64,000 nucleotides of DNA from Pseudomonadota bacterium (GTDB taxonomy: Bacteria > Bdellovibrionota_B > Oligoflexia > Oligoflexales > CAIYRB01), in NCBI GenBank assembly GCA_031416315.1, contig JANOTL010000138.1:98131-162130 (forward strand). The letters are read 5' to 3'. The notes below the pieces were generated by a model. It had not been told where the DNA came from and ran no database searches. It was given only the letters and a program-made list of their open reading frames with translations. The position numbers were made by a program, and so were the translations under genes. Positions 9,226 to 17,328 of this stretch are shown in pieces (position 1 is the stretch's first letter; every line of letters starts with the position of its first letter).

Positions 9226-10874
9226 GACCCCGTCGCGTCGACCTGAGCCGGTACGGCCCTCTCGAGCTGGATTTCCTGCAGCTTGGCTGTCTTATCTAGA
9301 ATATAGCGCCGTTGGGTCGAGAAATGGAGGTACATCCCCATCAAACGCATCGCCAGGTCGAAGTGGTTCGGCCCGGCAAAAAGTGCCTTGAAGAAGTTCC
9401 GCCAGTAAAGCGGGCGCCATTCGGGATTTTTGCTCATCTTCCAAGAGATGATGGCCAACCCCATGATGTCCCGCTTCAGCTCCCAGAGGCGGGGGAGGCG
9501 CTTCTGCTTGAGCTTGACGAGGAGGCACTGGCGCAGCACGCGGTCGAAATAGACCTTCGGCGAGTAGACCGTGTCCACGACGTTGCGGAACTCGGCCAGG
9601 ATCTCGTAGCGATTTCGCGTGGTGATGAAGTTGAGGCCGGCGACCGTTTGGTCGGCCACCTCGAAGGTCTTGAGGTCGGCGCCGTGCGCCGTCGAGGCGG
9701 AGGTGTCGTTGGCGTCGATCAGCTTCGAGTCGAAGCCCATGAGCCGACCCTCTTTCTTCAGGCGGCGGGTGAGCTGCGTGTTGGGCAAGGCCACGAGGAG
9801 TCCGGTCATCGCGATCGTGACGGCCCCGTCCTCGATGCACTTGATGATCGCCACGTCCATGTTCTTCTTCTCGCCGTCGAAGCCCATGATGAAGCCGGCG
9901 GTCGGCATGAGCCCGCAGGCCATCATCCGGTGCAGGCGGTCCTGGATCGGGCGCACGGTGTTCTGCGACTTCTGGGTCTTGAGCAGGAGCTCCGGGTCCG
10001 GCGTCTCGATGCCGGTGAAGACGATCCGGAAGCCCGCGTTCGCCATCTCCTTCATCATCGGCTCGTCGTCGGCCAGGTTCATCGACGCCTCGGTGGCGAA
10101 GAAGAAGGGGCGGAAGCGTTTACGGTTCCACTTGGTCAGGGCCGGCAGGATGTTCTGGCGGATGTAGCGCTTGTTGCCGATGAAATTGTCGTCGACGATG
10201 TCGACCGAGCCCGTGTAGCCCGTCTTCTTGATCGCCTCGAGCTCCTTGATCACCTGCTCCGGCGATTTGATCCGCGGCTTTCTGCCGAAAAGCTCGATGA
10301 TGTCGCAAAATTCGCAGTTGAAGGGACAGCCGCGCGAGATCTGCAGCGCCATCTGGTTGTAGTCGTTCTTGTCGAGCAGGTCGTAGCGCGGGACCGGCGT
10401 CGTCGTCATGTCGGGCTTATCGGCGGAGCGGAAGAGGCCCTTCGCCTCGCCCTTGCGCCAGCTTTCGAGCCACATCGGGATGGTGATCTCGCCTTCGTCG
10501 AGGACGCGCGCGTCGGCCGGCGTGTATACGTCGGCCTGGCTCGACGGGTCGGAGCCGCCGACGACCACGAATTTGCCGCGTTTTTTCGCCTCGTCGATGA
10601 CTCTCAACGTGTTCATCTGCTGCGGCAGCATGCCGCCGGTCGCGACCAGCTCGGCCCAGGCCCAGTCGGCGTCGCTCACCTGGCGGCAGTTCATGTCGAC
10701 GAGGCGAAACTCCCAGTGCTGCGGGAAGATCGCGGCGACCGTGATCAGGCCGAGGGGCATGTTCGGCGTCTTCGCGCCGATCGCCTCGACCGATTCCTTG
10801 TAGTTCCAAAAGCTCCCGATCGGGAACTCGGGCTGGATGAGGAGGCAGCGGATGGGCTGGTCGGGTGATTTCAT
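9222..10874 (-). CDS. B12-binding (class B) radical SAM protein with DUF4070-like C-terminus
   Basis: Start trimmed to MKSPDQPIRCLLIQPEF (ATG 10872-10874, AGGAAA RBS). N-terminal Rossmann-like cobalamin-binding region. Radical SAM cluster motif CPFNCEFC. Long C-terminal domain. Confidence 0.85.
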   Translation of the reverse strand: MKSPDQPIRCLLIQPEFPIGSFWNYKESVEAIGAKTPNMPLGLITVAAIFPQHWEFRLVDMNCRQVSDADWAWAELVATGGMLPQQMNTLRVIDEAKKRGKFVVVGGSDPSSQADVYTPADARVLDEGEITIPMWLESWRKGEAKGLFRSADKPDMTTTPVPRYDLLDKNDYNQMALQISRGCPFNCEFCDIIELFGRKPRIKSPEQVIKELEAIKKTGYTGSVDIVDDNFIGNKRYIRQNILPALTKWNRKRFRPFFFATEASMNLADDEPMMKEMANAGFRIVFTGIETPDPELLLKTQKSQNTVRPIQDRLHRMMACGLMPTAGFIMGFDGEKKNMDVAIIKCIEDGAVTIAMTGLLVALPNTQLTRRLKKEGRLMGFDSKLIDANDTSASTAHGADLKTFEVADQTVAGLNFITTRNRYEILAEFRNVVDTVYSPKVYFDRVLRQCLLVKLKQKRLPRLWELKRDIMGLAIISWKMSKNPEWRPLYWRNFFKALFAGPNHFDLAMRLMGMYLHFSTQRRYILDKTAKLQEIQLERAVPAQVDATGS

Positions 10875-10962
10875 GTCGTGTTTTCCTCGCTTACGCCTAT
10901 CGGACGCGAGGCCTTCCCGGCTTGAGGCGGCCAGATCCGCCGCGCTTTGGTAGAATGGGCAA

Positions 10963-11736
10963 ATGCAGAGAAAACAAATCATCATGCTGGGCGCGAGCAA
11001 CCTGACCCGCGGCATCTCGACCGTGGTCTCCTGGCTCCGTGGCAACCTCGGCGGCCCTTTCGACCTGTACGTCGCCTTTGGCTACGGGCGCTCTTTCGGG
11101 ATCAAGAGCGGCGTCTTCGGCCGCGACCTCCCGAGCATCAAGGACTGCGGCATCTGGGAGGCGCTCGCCGCTCGACCGCCCCACGAGCGCGACGCTCCGA
11201 CTTACGCTTTGATCACCGACATCGGCAACGACCTTCTGTATCAAGTCCCCCCGGATGAGATCGCGCGCTGGCTCGAATACGCCCTGCGCAAATTTCGCGA
11301 GCTAGGCGCCAAGATCTCGATCGTGCAAATCCCGAAGGCCAACGTCGAGAAAGTCACGAGACTGCAGTTCTTCCTCCTGAACCGCATATTCTTCCCCGGC
11401 CGCAACATGCAGCCCGACGACATGCGCGCCCGCGCCATGCGCCTCGCGGCGCACGTCGAGCGCCTCGCCCGCGAATACGGCGCGACGCTCGTCGACCAGA
11501 AGCCCGAGTGGTACGGCTTCGACCCGATCCATTATAAGATCTGGTGGTGGCCGCGGGCTTGGGCCTCGGTGCTGGGGTCCTGGCAAGAGACCGCGCTCGT
11601 TCCCGTCGCCGCCTTCCGCCAGTGGCTCTACCTGCGCAGCCGGGGTCCGGCCCAGCGCTGGTTCTTCGGGCGGGAGCAGCGCTATGCGCAGCCGCACGGC
11701 CGCCTGAGCGACGGCTCGACGGTGCACGTTTACTGA
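10963..11736 (+). CDS. Hypothetical protein, SGNH/GDSL-hydrolase-like
   Basis: Divergent from the rSAM gene. N-terminal IIMLGASNLTRG (GDS-like block) and DIGNDLL (GNDL-like block). No signal peptide. Confidence 0.4.
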   Translation: MQRKQIIMLGASNLTRGISTVVSWLRGNLGGPFDLYVAFGYGRSFGIKSGVFGRDLPSIKDCGIWEALAARPPHERDAPTYALITDIGNDLLYQVPPDEIARWLEYALRKFRELGAKISIVQIPKANVEKVTRLQFFLLNRIFFPGRNMQPDDMRARAMRLAAHVERLAREYGATLVDQKPEWYGFDPIHYKIWWWPRAWASVLGSWQETALVPVAAFRQWLYLRSRGPAQRWFFGREQRYAQPHGRLSDGSTVHVY

Positions 11737-11750
11737 GCTGGAAGCCCACG

Positions 11751-13094
11751 ATGCAATCCACGCACGCCGCCTGGCCCGTTTCCGCGTTCGAGCACTACAT
11801 GCTCGCAGACGACCGGCCCGATTTCGCGATGACGTGCTTCGTCCGCTGCCGCTTCGCCGGCCACTTTGATCGTCTTCGCTTCGAAAGCGCGTGGCGCGAG
11901 GCCGTCGTGCGGCATCCCATGACGCGAGCCTTGGTGCGCGGCCCGCGGTGGGGCCGCCGTCGCGACCTAGTCTGGTATCTCGACCCGAACGCCGCCTTTC
12001 CGGCAGTGCGTTGGCGCTCCGCGAATCCTGGAGTCCGTCCCGGCAGCTTTCCGTCGGACCCGCGGCGTGGAACGGGCTTCTTGCTTTGGCTCGACGAGCT
12101 ACCCGAAGAGACCGAGCTTTTGTTCCAGTTCCACCATGCTGTCTGCGACGGGGCGGGAGTCTTCGGTTTTCTGGAGGACCTCTTGCTCGCGTACGATCAC
12201 GCCGGCGCCGGCGGCGGCATGACGCCGCGCGTCTTGGATCCGACGCGCTTCGAGCGCCGAGACACGATCGGCCTCGACGCGGCCGAGCTGAAGGCGCGGT
12301 TGCCGCTGGACGTAGAGGAGACGCGCAAGTTTTTTCGCGTCTTGCCCGCGCCGGTCCGGCGCCCCAAGCACCGCCCCGCGGGGCTCGATAGAGCCCCGGA
12401 CCTTGCGGCGATCGTGCGGCGCGTGCTGTCAGAAGAAGACCTTCGCGCGCTTTCGGCCGCCGGCAAGCGCCGCGGCGCCACGTTGAACGACGCGCTTCTT
12501 CGCGACTTCTTCCTGGCGCTCGACGACTGGAACGGCGCGCAGGCGCCCGGCGCGCCGCGGCCTTCGTTGCGGCTCGCAATGCCTATGGACCTGCGTCTTC
12601 CCGACGACTCGGCGATGAGCGCCGCGAACCTGGTCAGCATGGTGTTTCTGACGCGGAGCGCGCGCGAGCTCGCGGACCGCGACGTCCTTTTGGCCTCGAT
12701 CGCCGCGGAGACGGCCCGCGCCAAGCGTCATCGCATGGGGATCACGCTGATCCGGGTCGTGCGCGCCCTCGGCGCCTGGTTCGCCGCGCTCGTGCTGTTT
12801 TTTCGCTTGCCGCTGTGCAGCGCGAGCGCCGTGCTCACCAATTTGGGTCGGCCCTTCTCGGGCTCCGGCCTTCTCGACGCCGAGGGACGAGTGCGCTCGG
12901 GGTCGACTAGGCTGCTGTGGCTGGAATCGATCCCGCCCCTGCGGCGACGCACGCGGGTCGCTGTCTCCGTCAACACCTACGGCGGCAAGCTGCGCCTCAC
13001 GTTGCATTACGATTCGACGGTCTTCGGCGCGGAGCATGCGGAGGAGATGCTGGAGCGCTACCTCGTTCGCCTGCGGCAGACGGCGCGGATCTGA
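11751..13094 (+). CDS. Condensation-domain / WS-DGAT (PapA5)-like acyltransferase
   Basis: HHAVCDGAG matches the HHxxxDG catalytic motif of the condensation/WS-DGAT superfamily. 447 aa. Starts 15 nt after the previous gene. Confidence 0.65.
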   Translation: MQSTHAAWPVSAFEHYMLADDRPDFAMTCFVRCRFAGHFDRLRFESAWREAVVRHPMTRALVRGPRWGRRRDLVWYLDPNAAFPAVRWRSANPGVRPGSFPSDPRRGTGFLLWLDELPEETELLFQFHHAVCDGAGVFGFLEDLLLAYDHAGAGGGMTPRVLDPTRFERRDTIGLDAAELKARLPLDVEETRKFFRVLPAPVRRPKHRPAGLDRAPDLAAIVRRVLSEEDLRALSAAGKRRGATLNDALLRDFFLALDDWNGAQAPGAPRPSLRLAMPMDLRLPDDSAMSAANLVSMVFLTRSARELADRDVLLASIAAETARAKRHRMGITLIRVVRALGAWFAALVLFFRLPLCSASAVLTNLGRPFSGSGLLDAEGRVRSGSTRLLWLESIPPLRRRTRVAVSVNTYGGKLRLTLHYDSTVFGAEHAEEMLERYLVRLRQTARI

Positions 13095-13119
13095 GCCGGA
13101 AGCGATCGGTGCGATCGCT

Positions 13120-13677
13120 TCACTTGCAGTCGCGCCACGCGAGGGCGAGCTTGGCCGCCTTCACCATCGCGACGCGGCTCGTCGCGGCGGGCGTGCCTTT
13201 CGCAAGGGCGCCCAGGCCGAAGACCAAGGTCGTGGCTTTGCCGCACCCGCCCCAGCGCGGCTCGAGGCGGACCGTTTCTTCCTGAGCGTTGCGCTTCACG
13301 CCGTCGCCATACGCGACGACGCCGGATGAGGTCTCCGCTGCGCCCTGCAGATGCATGCGAGCCGTAACCTCCGCGCTCGCGCCGTTCGCCACGTCGGCGT
13401 CGACGGAAAAGGTGAGCGCGTTGCCGGCGAGCTGCTTTCCAGGCTCGGCGGAGATCGTCACCGCCGCCTCGCAGTTGGACCTCATGAGGCCGCGCGCCTT
13501 TGGGCCGCCGGCCGCCGCCTCGAACGCGGGCATCTCGACGACCAGCGCGTCGGGCTCGAGCCGGGTGACGGCGGTCTGGGCCGCTTTGCAGCCGCTGCCG
13601 GCGAGCGAGGCTTGGGTGACTTTCGGCTCCGCGTGAGCGGAGGTCGCGACGAGGATCAAAGGCAAGAGATGACGCAT
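13120..13677 (-). CDS. Secreted paralog A of a DUF4360-like family
   Basis: Start trimmed to MRHLLPLILVATSAHA (signal peptide). GSGC motif and conserved Cys pattern shared with the three downstream paralogs. Most diverged member. Confidence 0.55.
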   Translation of the reverse strand: MRHLLPLILVATSAHAEPKVTQASLAGSGCKAAQTAVTRLEPDALVVEMPAFEAAAGGPKARGLMRSNCEAAVTISAEPGKQLAGNALTFSVDADVANGASAEVTARMHLQGAAETSSGVVAYGDGVKRNAQEETVRLEPRWGGCGKATTLVFGLGALAKGTPAATSRVAMVKAAKLALAWRDCK

Positions 13678-13766
13678 GGGAGGCCCTCCGAAAAGAGGAC
13701 CCCCCGCGACCCAAGGGCCGCGGGGGGCAAGACGAGTCTCGTCCATTTACCCCTGTCTTCCGTCGA

Positions 13767-14384
13767 TTAGCAACGGCGCCAGCGGACGCCGTAGACGTGC
13801 GTGAGCTCGCCGTCGATCGAGTCCGTGGTCATGAGGCCGCGGGCGAAGCGGTTTGAAGAGGTCAGGCGGACCTGAGTGTTGATGTTGAGCGCACGAGTCG
13901 CGCCGCAGGGCGACCACACGACGGCTGCGAGGCCGAGGCTGTCGCGGATTTGGTAGTCTTGCTGCGTCGGGCCGCGGAAGTTGGAGCGCAAGGTCGCCGT
14001 CGCAGCCGAACCTTGGAAGTAGTATGCCGACTGTTGCGTGCCGGTGACGCCGGCTTCGAGGCTCGCGTATCCGCGGTAGTCGACGTCGAGGATGGAGTAG
14101 CTCCAGCCTTGCGGGAAATGCAGGTCGACGGCGATCTGGCAGTTCTTGCGGGACTGGTTCAGCTGGACGCCGGGGCCGACTTCGGCGATGTAGCTGTCGA
14201 AGAGCAGCGTGAAGGCCTTGAGATCTTGCGCGACGTTTTGCGAGACGGTCCCGGCGGGGCAGCCCGAGCCGGCGTACGAGATGCTGCGGATGCGGACGTA
14301 CTCAGGGCTCTGCGCGAAAGCGGACGAGCTGAGCATCGCGATCGCGAGTCCGGCTCCGGCTTTCAAAAGGTTCGAGAATTTCAT
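13767..14384 (-). CDS. Secreted paralog B of the DUF4360-like family
   Basis: Signal peptide. VRIRSISYAGSGCPAGTVSQNVA...KNCQ...WSPCG. About 80% identical to paralog D (15682..16306). Confidence 0.75.
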   Translation of the reverse strand: MKFSNLLKAGAGLAIAMLSSSAFAQSPEYVRIRSISYAGSGCPAGTVSQNVAQDLKAFTLLFDSYIAEVGPGVQLNQSRKNCQIAVDLHFPQGWSYSILDVDYRGYASLEAGVTGTQQSAYYFQGSAATATLRSNFRGPTQQDYQIRDSLGLAAVVWSPCGATRALNINTQVRLTSSNRFARGLMTTDSIDGELTHVYGVRWRRC

Positions 14385-14557
14385 TTGTGACGATCCTCCT
14401 CAGAATGTTTGTGTTCCGCATTTGCCAGAACGATGCGTACTGTGCAGTTCACATGCCACCGCGAAAAAACGGGGAAAAAGCGTGCGAACTCGCGCGACCG
14501 CGCCATTGCGCGTGAGCGCTCGCGGTAACAAAAAACGCTGAGACGGAAAAAGATGGA

Positions 14558-14627
14558 CCGTTCTGTTGTTCTGCGAGCGCTCTTCGCCAAGTCACAGAAC
14601 GCTTTGTTCTGCGAGTATATTGCGTTC
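14558..14627. promoter_or_regulatory. Cluster of CAGAAC/GTTCTG half-sites including the palindrome AGTCACAGAAC-gcttt-GTTCTG, in the divergent promoter between paralogs B and C
   Basis: GTTCTG at 14560, 14569 and 14606; CAGAAC at 14595; direct repeat TTGTTCTGCGAG x2 (14566-14577, 14604-14615). Lies 40-110 nt upstream of the paralog C start. Confidence 0.5.
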
Positions 14628-14669
14628 TAAACAATTGTTTCGTATCTTCAGCCCGAGGGGGAGACGAAG

Positions 14670-15311
14670 ATGCACGAGCAAAGCACTTGGAAAGAGCAAT
14701 TTTTCGCCGCGATCGCCCTGGCCGCCGCGGCCGCTATCGCCCAGGCCGCGCGCGCCGACGAAAGTCGGGAGCCTGAGTTCACCGACGAGCCGGCATGGGT
14801 CTCGGTCCTTAGCGTCGTCAAGGCCGGCAGCGGCTGCCCCGCGAGCTACGGCGACGCGGTCGTCTACGGCGAGTCGCTCCTCATCATTGATTATGATCGC
14901 ATGACCGCGCGGTACGGCGCGGGCCACTCCCTGCGCGAATCGCGCAAGACTTGCCAGCTCTCGATCGATCTCGACTACCCGAGCGGCTGGACTTACGCGG
15001 TCGAGGCCGTCTACGCCGAGACCTCGCTGCGCCTCCCGGCCGGCACGACCGGTAAGGCGGTCTTCTCCGCCTACTTCCAAGGGACGAACGAGACGGCGCG
15101 CGCCGAGCGCCCCTACTACGGCCCAGCTGCGAGCTACGACGCGATGGATCTTTACTTCGACCGAGCCGTTTTCGCGCCGTGCGGCCAGTCCCGCCCGTTG
15201 AACGTCAAGGCCGAGGTCCAAACGAGCGTAAGCCGCTACGGCGGCGGGGCGAGCCGCGTCGGCCTCGACGGCCCCGCGTACCTCCTTCTTCGCTGGCAGC
15301 GGTGCGAGTGA
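14670..15311 (+). CDS. Secreted paralog C of the DUF4360-like family
   Basis: Signal peptide. GSGCPASYG ... KTCQLSIDLDYPSGWTY ... APCG. Same architecture as A/B/D. Confidence 0.7.
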   Translation: MHEQSTWKEQFFAAIALAAAAAIAQAARADESREPEFTDEPAWVSVLSVVKAGSGCPASYGDAVVYGESLLIIDYDRMTARYGAGHSLRESRKTCQLSIDLDYPSGWTYAVEAVYAETSLRLPAGTTGKAVFSAYFQGTNETARAERPYYGPAASYDAMDLYFDRAVFAPCGQSRPLNVKAEVQTSVSRYGGGASRVGLDGPAYLLLRWQRCE

Positions 15312-15445
15312 GCCGGGTTCGTAAGGCCCCGCTTCGGGGACCCGTGCCGCGCGCGGGACCCCCATTCGGACAAAAGTATCCCACCTGGAGCGCCGCTCTG
15401 GCGGGGCATCTCAGCGAATCTCAGTGAAACTTAGCGAGTCTTAGT

Positions 15446-15495
15446 CCCGATCGGTCGCACAAGTAAACCGCGCGACCGGTCGGGATTCTGTCATT
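15446..15495 (+). terminator. Stem-loop after paralog C (probable terminator)
   Basis: 13-bp stem CCCGATCGGTCGC / GCGACCGGTCGGG (one G-U), 13-nt loop, followed by a T-rich ATTCTGTCATTT. Confidence 0.4.
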
Positions 15496-15681
15496 TGGAC
15501 GTACGGGCTCCCCGAGCAGCTTGTCGTTGCAATCCCCGAAACCCTTACTCCGCGGCGTGTTCGAAACATCGCCCCGTCAATTTCGCGCCCTTCGCTCACC
15601 TCTGGCACATCGTTTGCTCAAGGGAGCGTGTTCGCAACGCAGCGAGCTTCAACTTCTTCATCTCTCTTGGAGGACTCCGCA

Positions 15682-16306
15682 GATGCTTTCCGCTCTCAAG
15701 AACCTGGTCAAATTCGGCGCTCCCGTGGCTGTCATGGCGTTCGCTTCCGTCGCCAACGCGCAAGCGCCTTCGCATGTCCGCATCCGCTCGATCTCGTACG
15801 CCGGCTCGGGCTGCCCCGCCGGAACCGTCTCGCAGAACGTCGCGCCGGACCTGAAGGCCTTCACGCTGCTCTTCGACAGCTACATCGCCGAAGTCGGCCC
15901 CGGCATCCCGCTGAACCAGTCCCGCAAGAACTGCCAAGTCGCCGTCGACCTCGACTTCCCGCAAGGCTGGTCCTACTCCCTGATGACCGTCGACTACCGC
16001 GGCTACGCGGCCCTCGACGCCGGCGTCCGCGGCGAGCAGAGCGCGGCGTACTACTTCCAAGGCCAGTCGGCCACCGCGCGTCTCGGCACGACCTTCAGCG
16101 GCCCGACCGCCCGCGACTACCAGATCCGCGACACCCTCGGGATCACGGCTCTCGTCTGGTCGCCGTGCGGCCTTTCCCGCGCGCTCAACATGAACACCCA
16201 AGTTCGCTTGTCGGCCCCGGCCGGCCGCCGCGGCATGCTGACCACCGACTCGATCGACGGTCAGATCACCCACGTCTACGGCATCCAGTGGCAGCGCTGC
16301 CGCTAA
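15682..16306 (+). CDS. Secreted paralog D of the DUF4360-like family
   Basis: ATG 15682 with GGAGG 8 nt upstream. Signal peptide MLSALKNLVKFGAPVAVMAFASVANA. Near-identical blocks with paralog B. Confidence 0.75.
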
Positions 16307-16357
16307 TCTTAGCGGTCCCGCTCGTACCGGTTACCTAGAAGCGCCTGTGTGTCTTCC

Positions 16358-16395
16358 GAGCTCCGCGGCGCCCGCCGCGGAGCTCTTCGTTTCCC
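16358..16395 (+). terminator. Rho-independent terminator after paralog D
   Basis: 13-bp perfect GC-rich stem GAGCTCCGCGGCG/CGCCGCGGAGCTC with a 3-nt loop, followed by TTCGTTTCC. Confidence 0.55.
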
Positions 16396-16438
16396 GCCAT
16401 AAATATAATCCAGTTTATAAACAAACTCTCAGCCAAAG

Positions 16439-16461
16439 AGTCACAGAACACCACGTTCTTT
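16439..16461. promoter_or_regulatory. Second copy of the AGTCACAGAAC-N5-GTTCT palindromic motif, ~60 nt upstream of the TIGR02147 regulator gene
   Basis: GAGTCACAGAACaccacGTTCTT matches 16 of 16 core positions of the 14592-14611 site. Preceded by an AT-rich stretch (16400-16430). Confidence 0.5.
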
Positions 16462-16518
16462 GAGCTTGTGCGCGGCGCGATAATCCGCTAGATTCTGTTT
16501 CGGAGGCGCGAAGTCGGA

Positions 16519-17325
16519 ATGCAAGATCTAGCGATCAACGACTACAAGACCATCCTCAAGGAGGAGCTCGCGTCTCGTTGTCGGCAGAACCCGCGCTACT
16601 CGCTCAGGGCTTTCGCCCGCGACCTGAAGCTCGCTCCCTCGCGGCTTTCCGAGGTGCTTTCTGGGAAGCAAGGCTTGTCGCGCCCAGCCGCCGAGCGCAT
16701 CGCCAAGTCCCTCGGCTACGCGGCGGGCGACATCGAGCGCTTCTGCGACCTAGTCGAGAGCCTGCACGCCCGCTCGAAGAAAAACCGCGATTCGGCTCGC
16801 CTGCGCTTGAAGAAGGTCGGCGGCGATTCCAGCGAGATTCAACTGCAAGCCGACACCGTCAAGCTCATCGCCGACTGGTATCATTTTGCGATTCTCGAGC
16901 TCACCAACCTCGACGGGTTCCGCTCGGAAAGTAAGTGGATCGCGAAGCGGCTCGGAATTTCCGAGTTCGAGGCGCAACTTGCGCTCGACCGCTTGCAGCG
17001 CCTGAACCTCATCACCCGCAAGGGCGACGAGATAAAACTGAACCACCAACATGGTTTTCATGCTTCCAACGTCTCCACCGAGGCGATCAACACCTTCCTC
17101 GGCCAGCTGATGGCGAAGGCGCGCGATGCGCTGTATTTCCAGCAGGTAGAACGCTCGGAGATCAACGCGGAGATCGTCGCGATCGACCGCGCGAAGATCC
17201 CGGAAGCGAAGAAAATGATTCGTGACTTCAGGCATAAATTTTGCAGAAAACTCGGTGAAGATGAGGTCCGCGACGGCCTCTACTGCATCGCGATCCAGTT
17301 CTTCGAGCTGACCGAGAGGGGATAG
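16519..17325 (+). CDS. TIGR02147-family HTH transcriptional regulator (Fibrobacter/Bdellovibrio-type)
   Basis: 268 aa. N-terminal YSLRAFARDLKLAPSRLSEVLSGKQGLS HTH block typical of the TIGR02147 family. Stop is 4 nt before the next gene start. Confidence 0.65.
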   Translation: MQDLAINDYKTILKEELASRCRQNPRYSLRAFARDLKLAPSRLSEVLSGKQGLSRPAAERIAKSLGYAAGDIERFCDLVESLHARSKKNRDSARLRLKKVGGDSSEIQLQADTVKLIADWYHFAILELTNLDGFRSESKWIAKRLGISEFEAQLALDRLQRLNLITRKGDEIKLNHQHGFHASNVSTEAINTFLGQLMAKARDALYFQQVERSEINAEIVAIDRAKIPEAKKMIRDFRHKFCRKLGEDEVRDGLYCIAIQFFELTERG

Positions 17326-17328
17326 ACG

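Noticed and set aside
7150-9246. 698-aa plus-strand ORF antisense to the LtaS-like gene, and 9312..10868 antisense to the rSAM gene
   Set aside because: The sense genes carry catalytic motifs (sulfatase metal site, CxxxCxxC). Antisense products are R/D/E/V-rich low-complexity.
11302-12579. 425-aa minus-strand ORF (Arg/Ala-rich) across the SGNH-like and condensation-domain genes
   Set aside because: Low-complexity R/A/P-rich translation typical of antisense frames in high-GC DNA. It fully overlaps two sense genes that have recognisable motifs.
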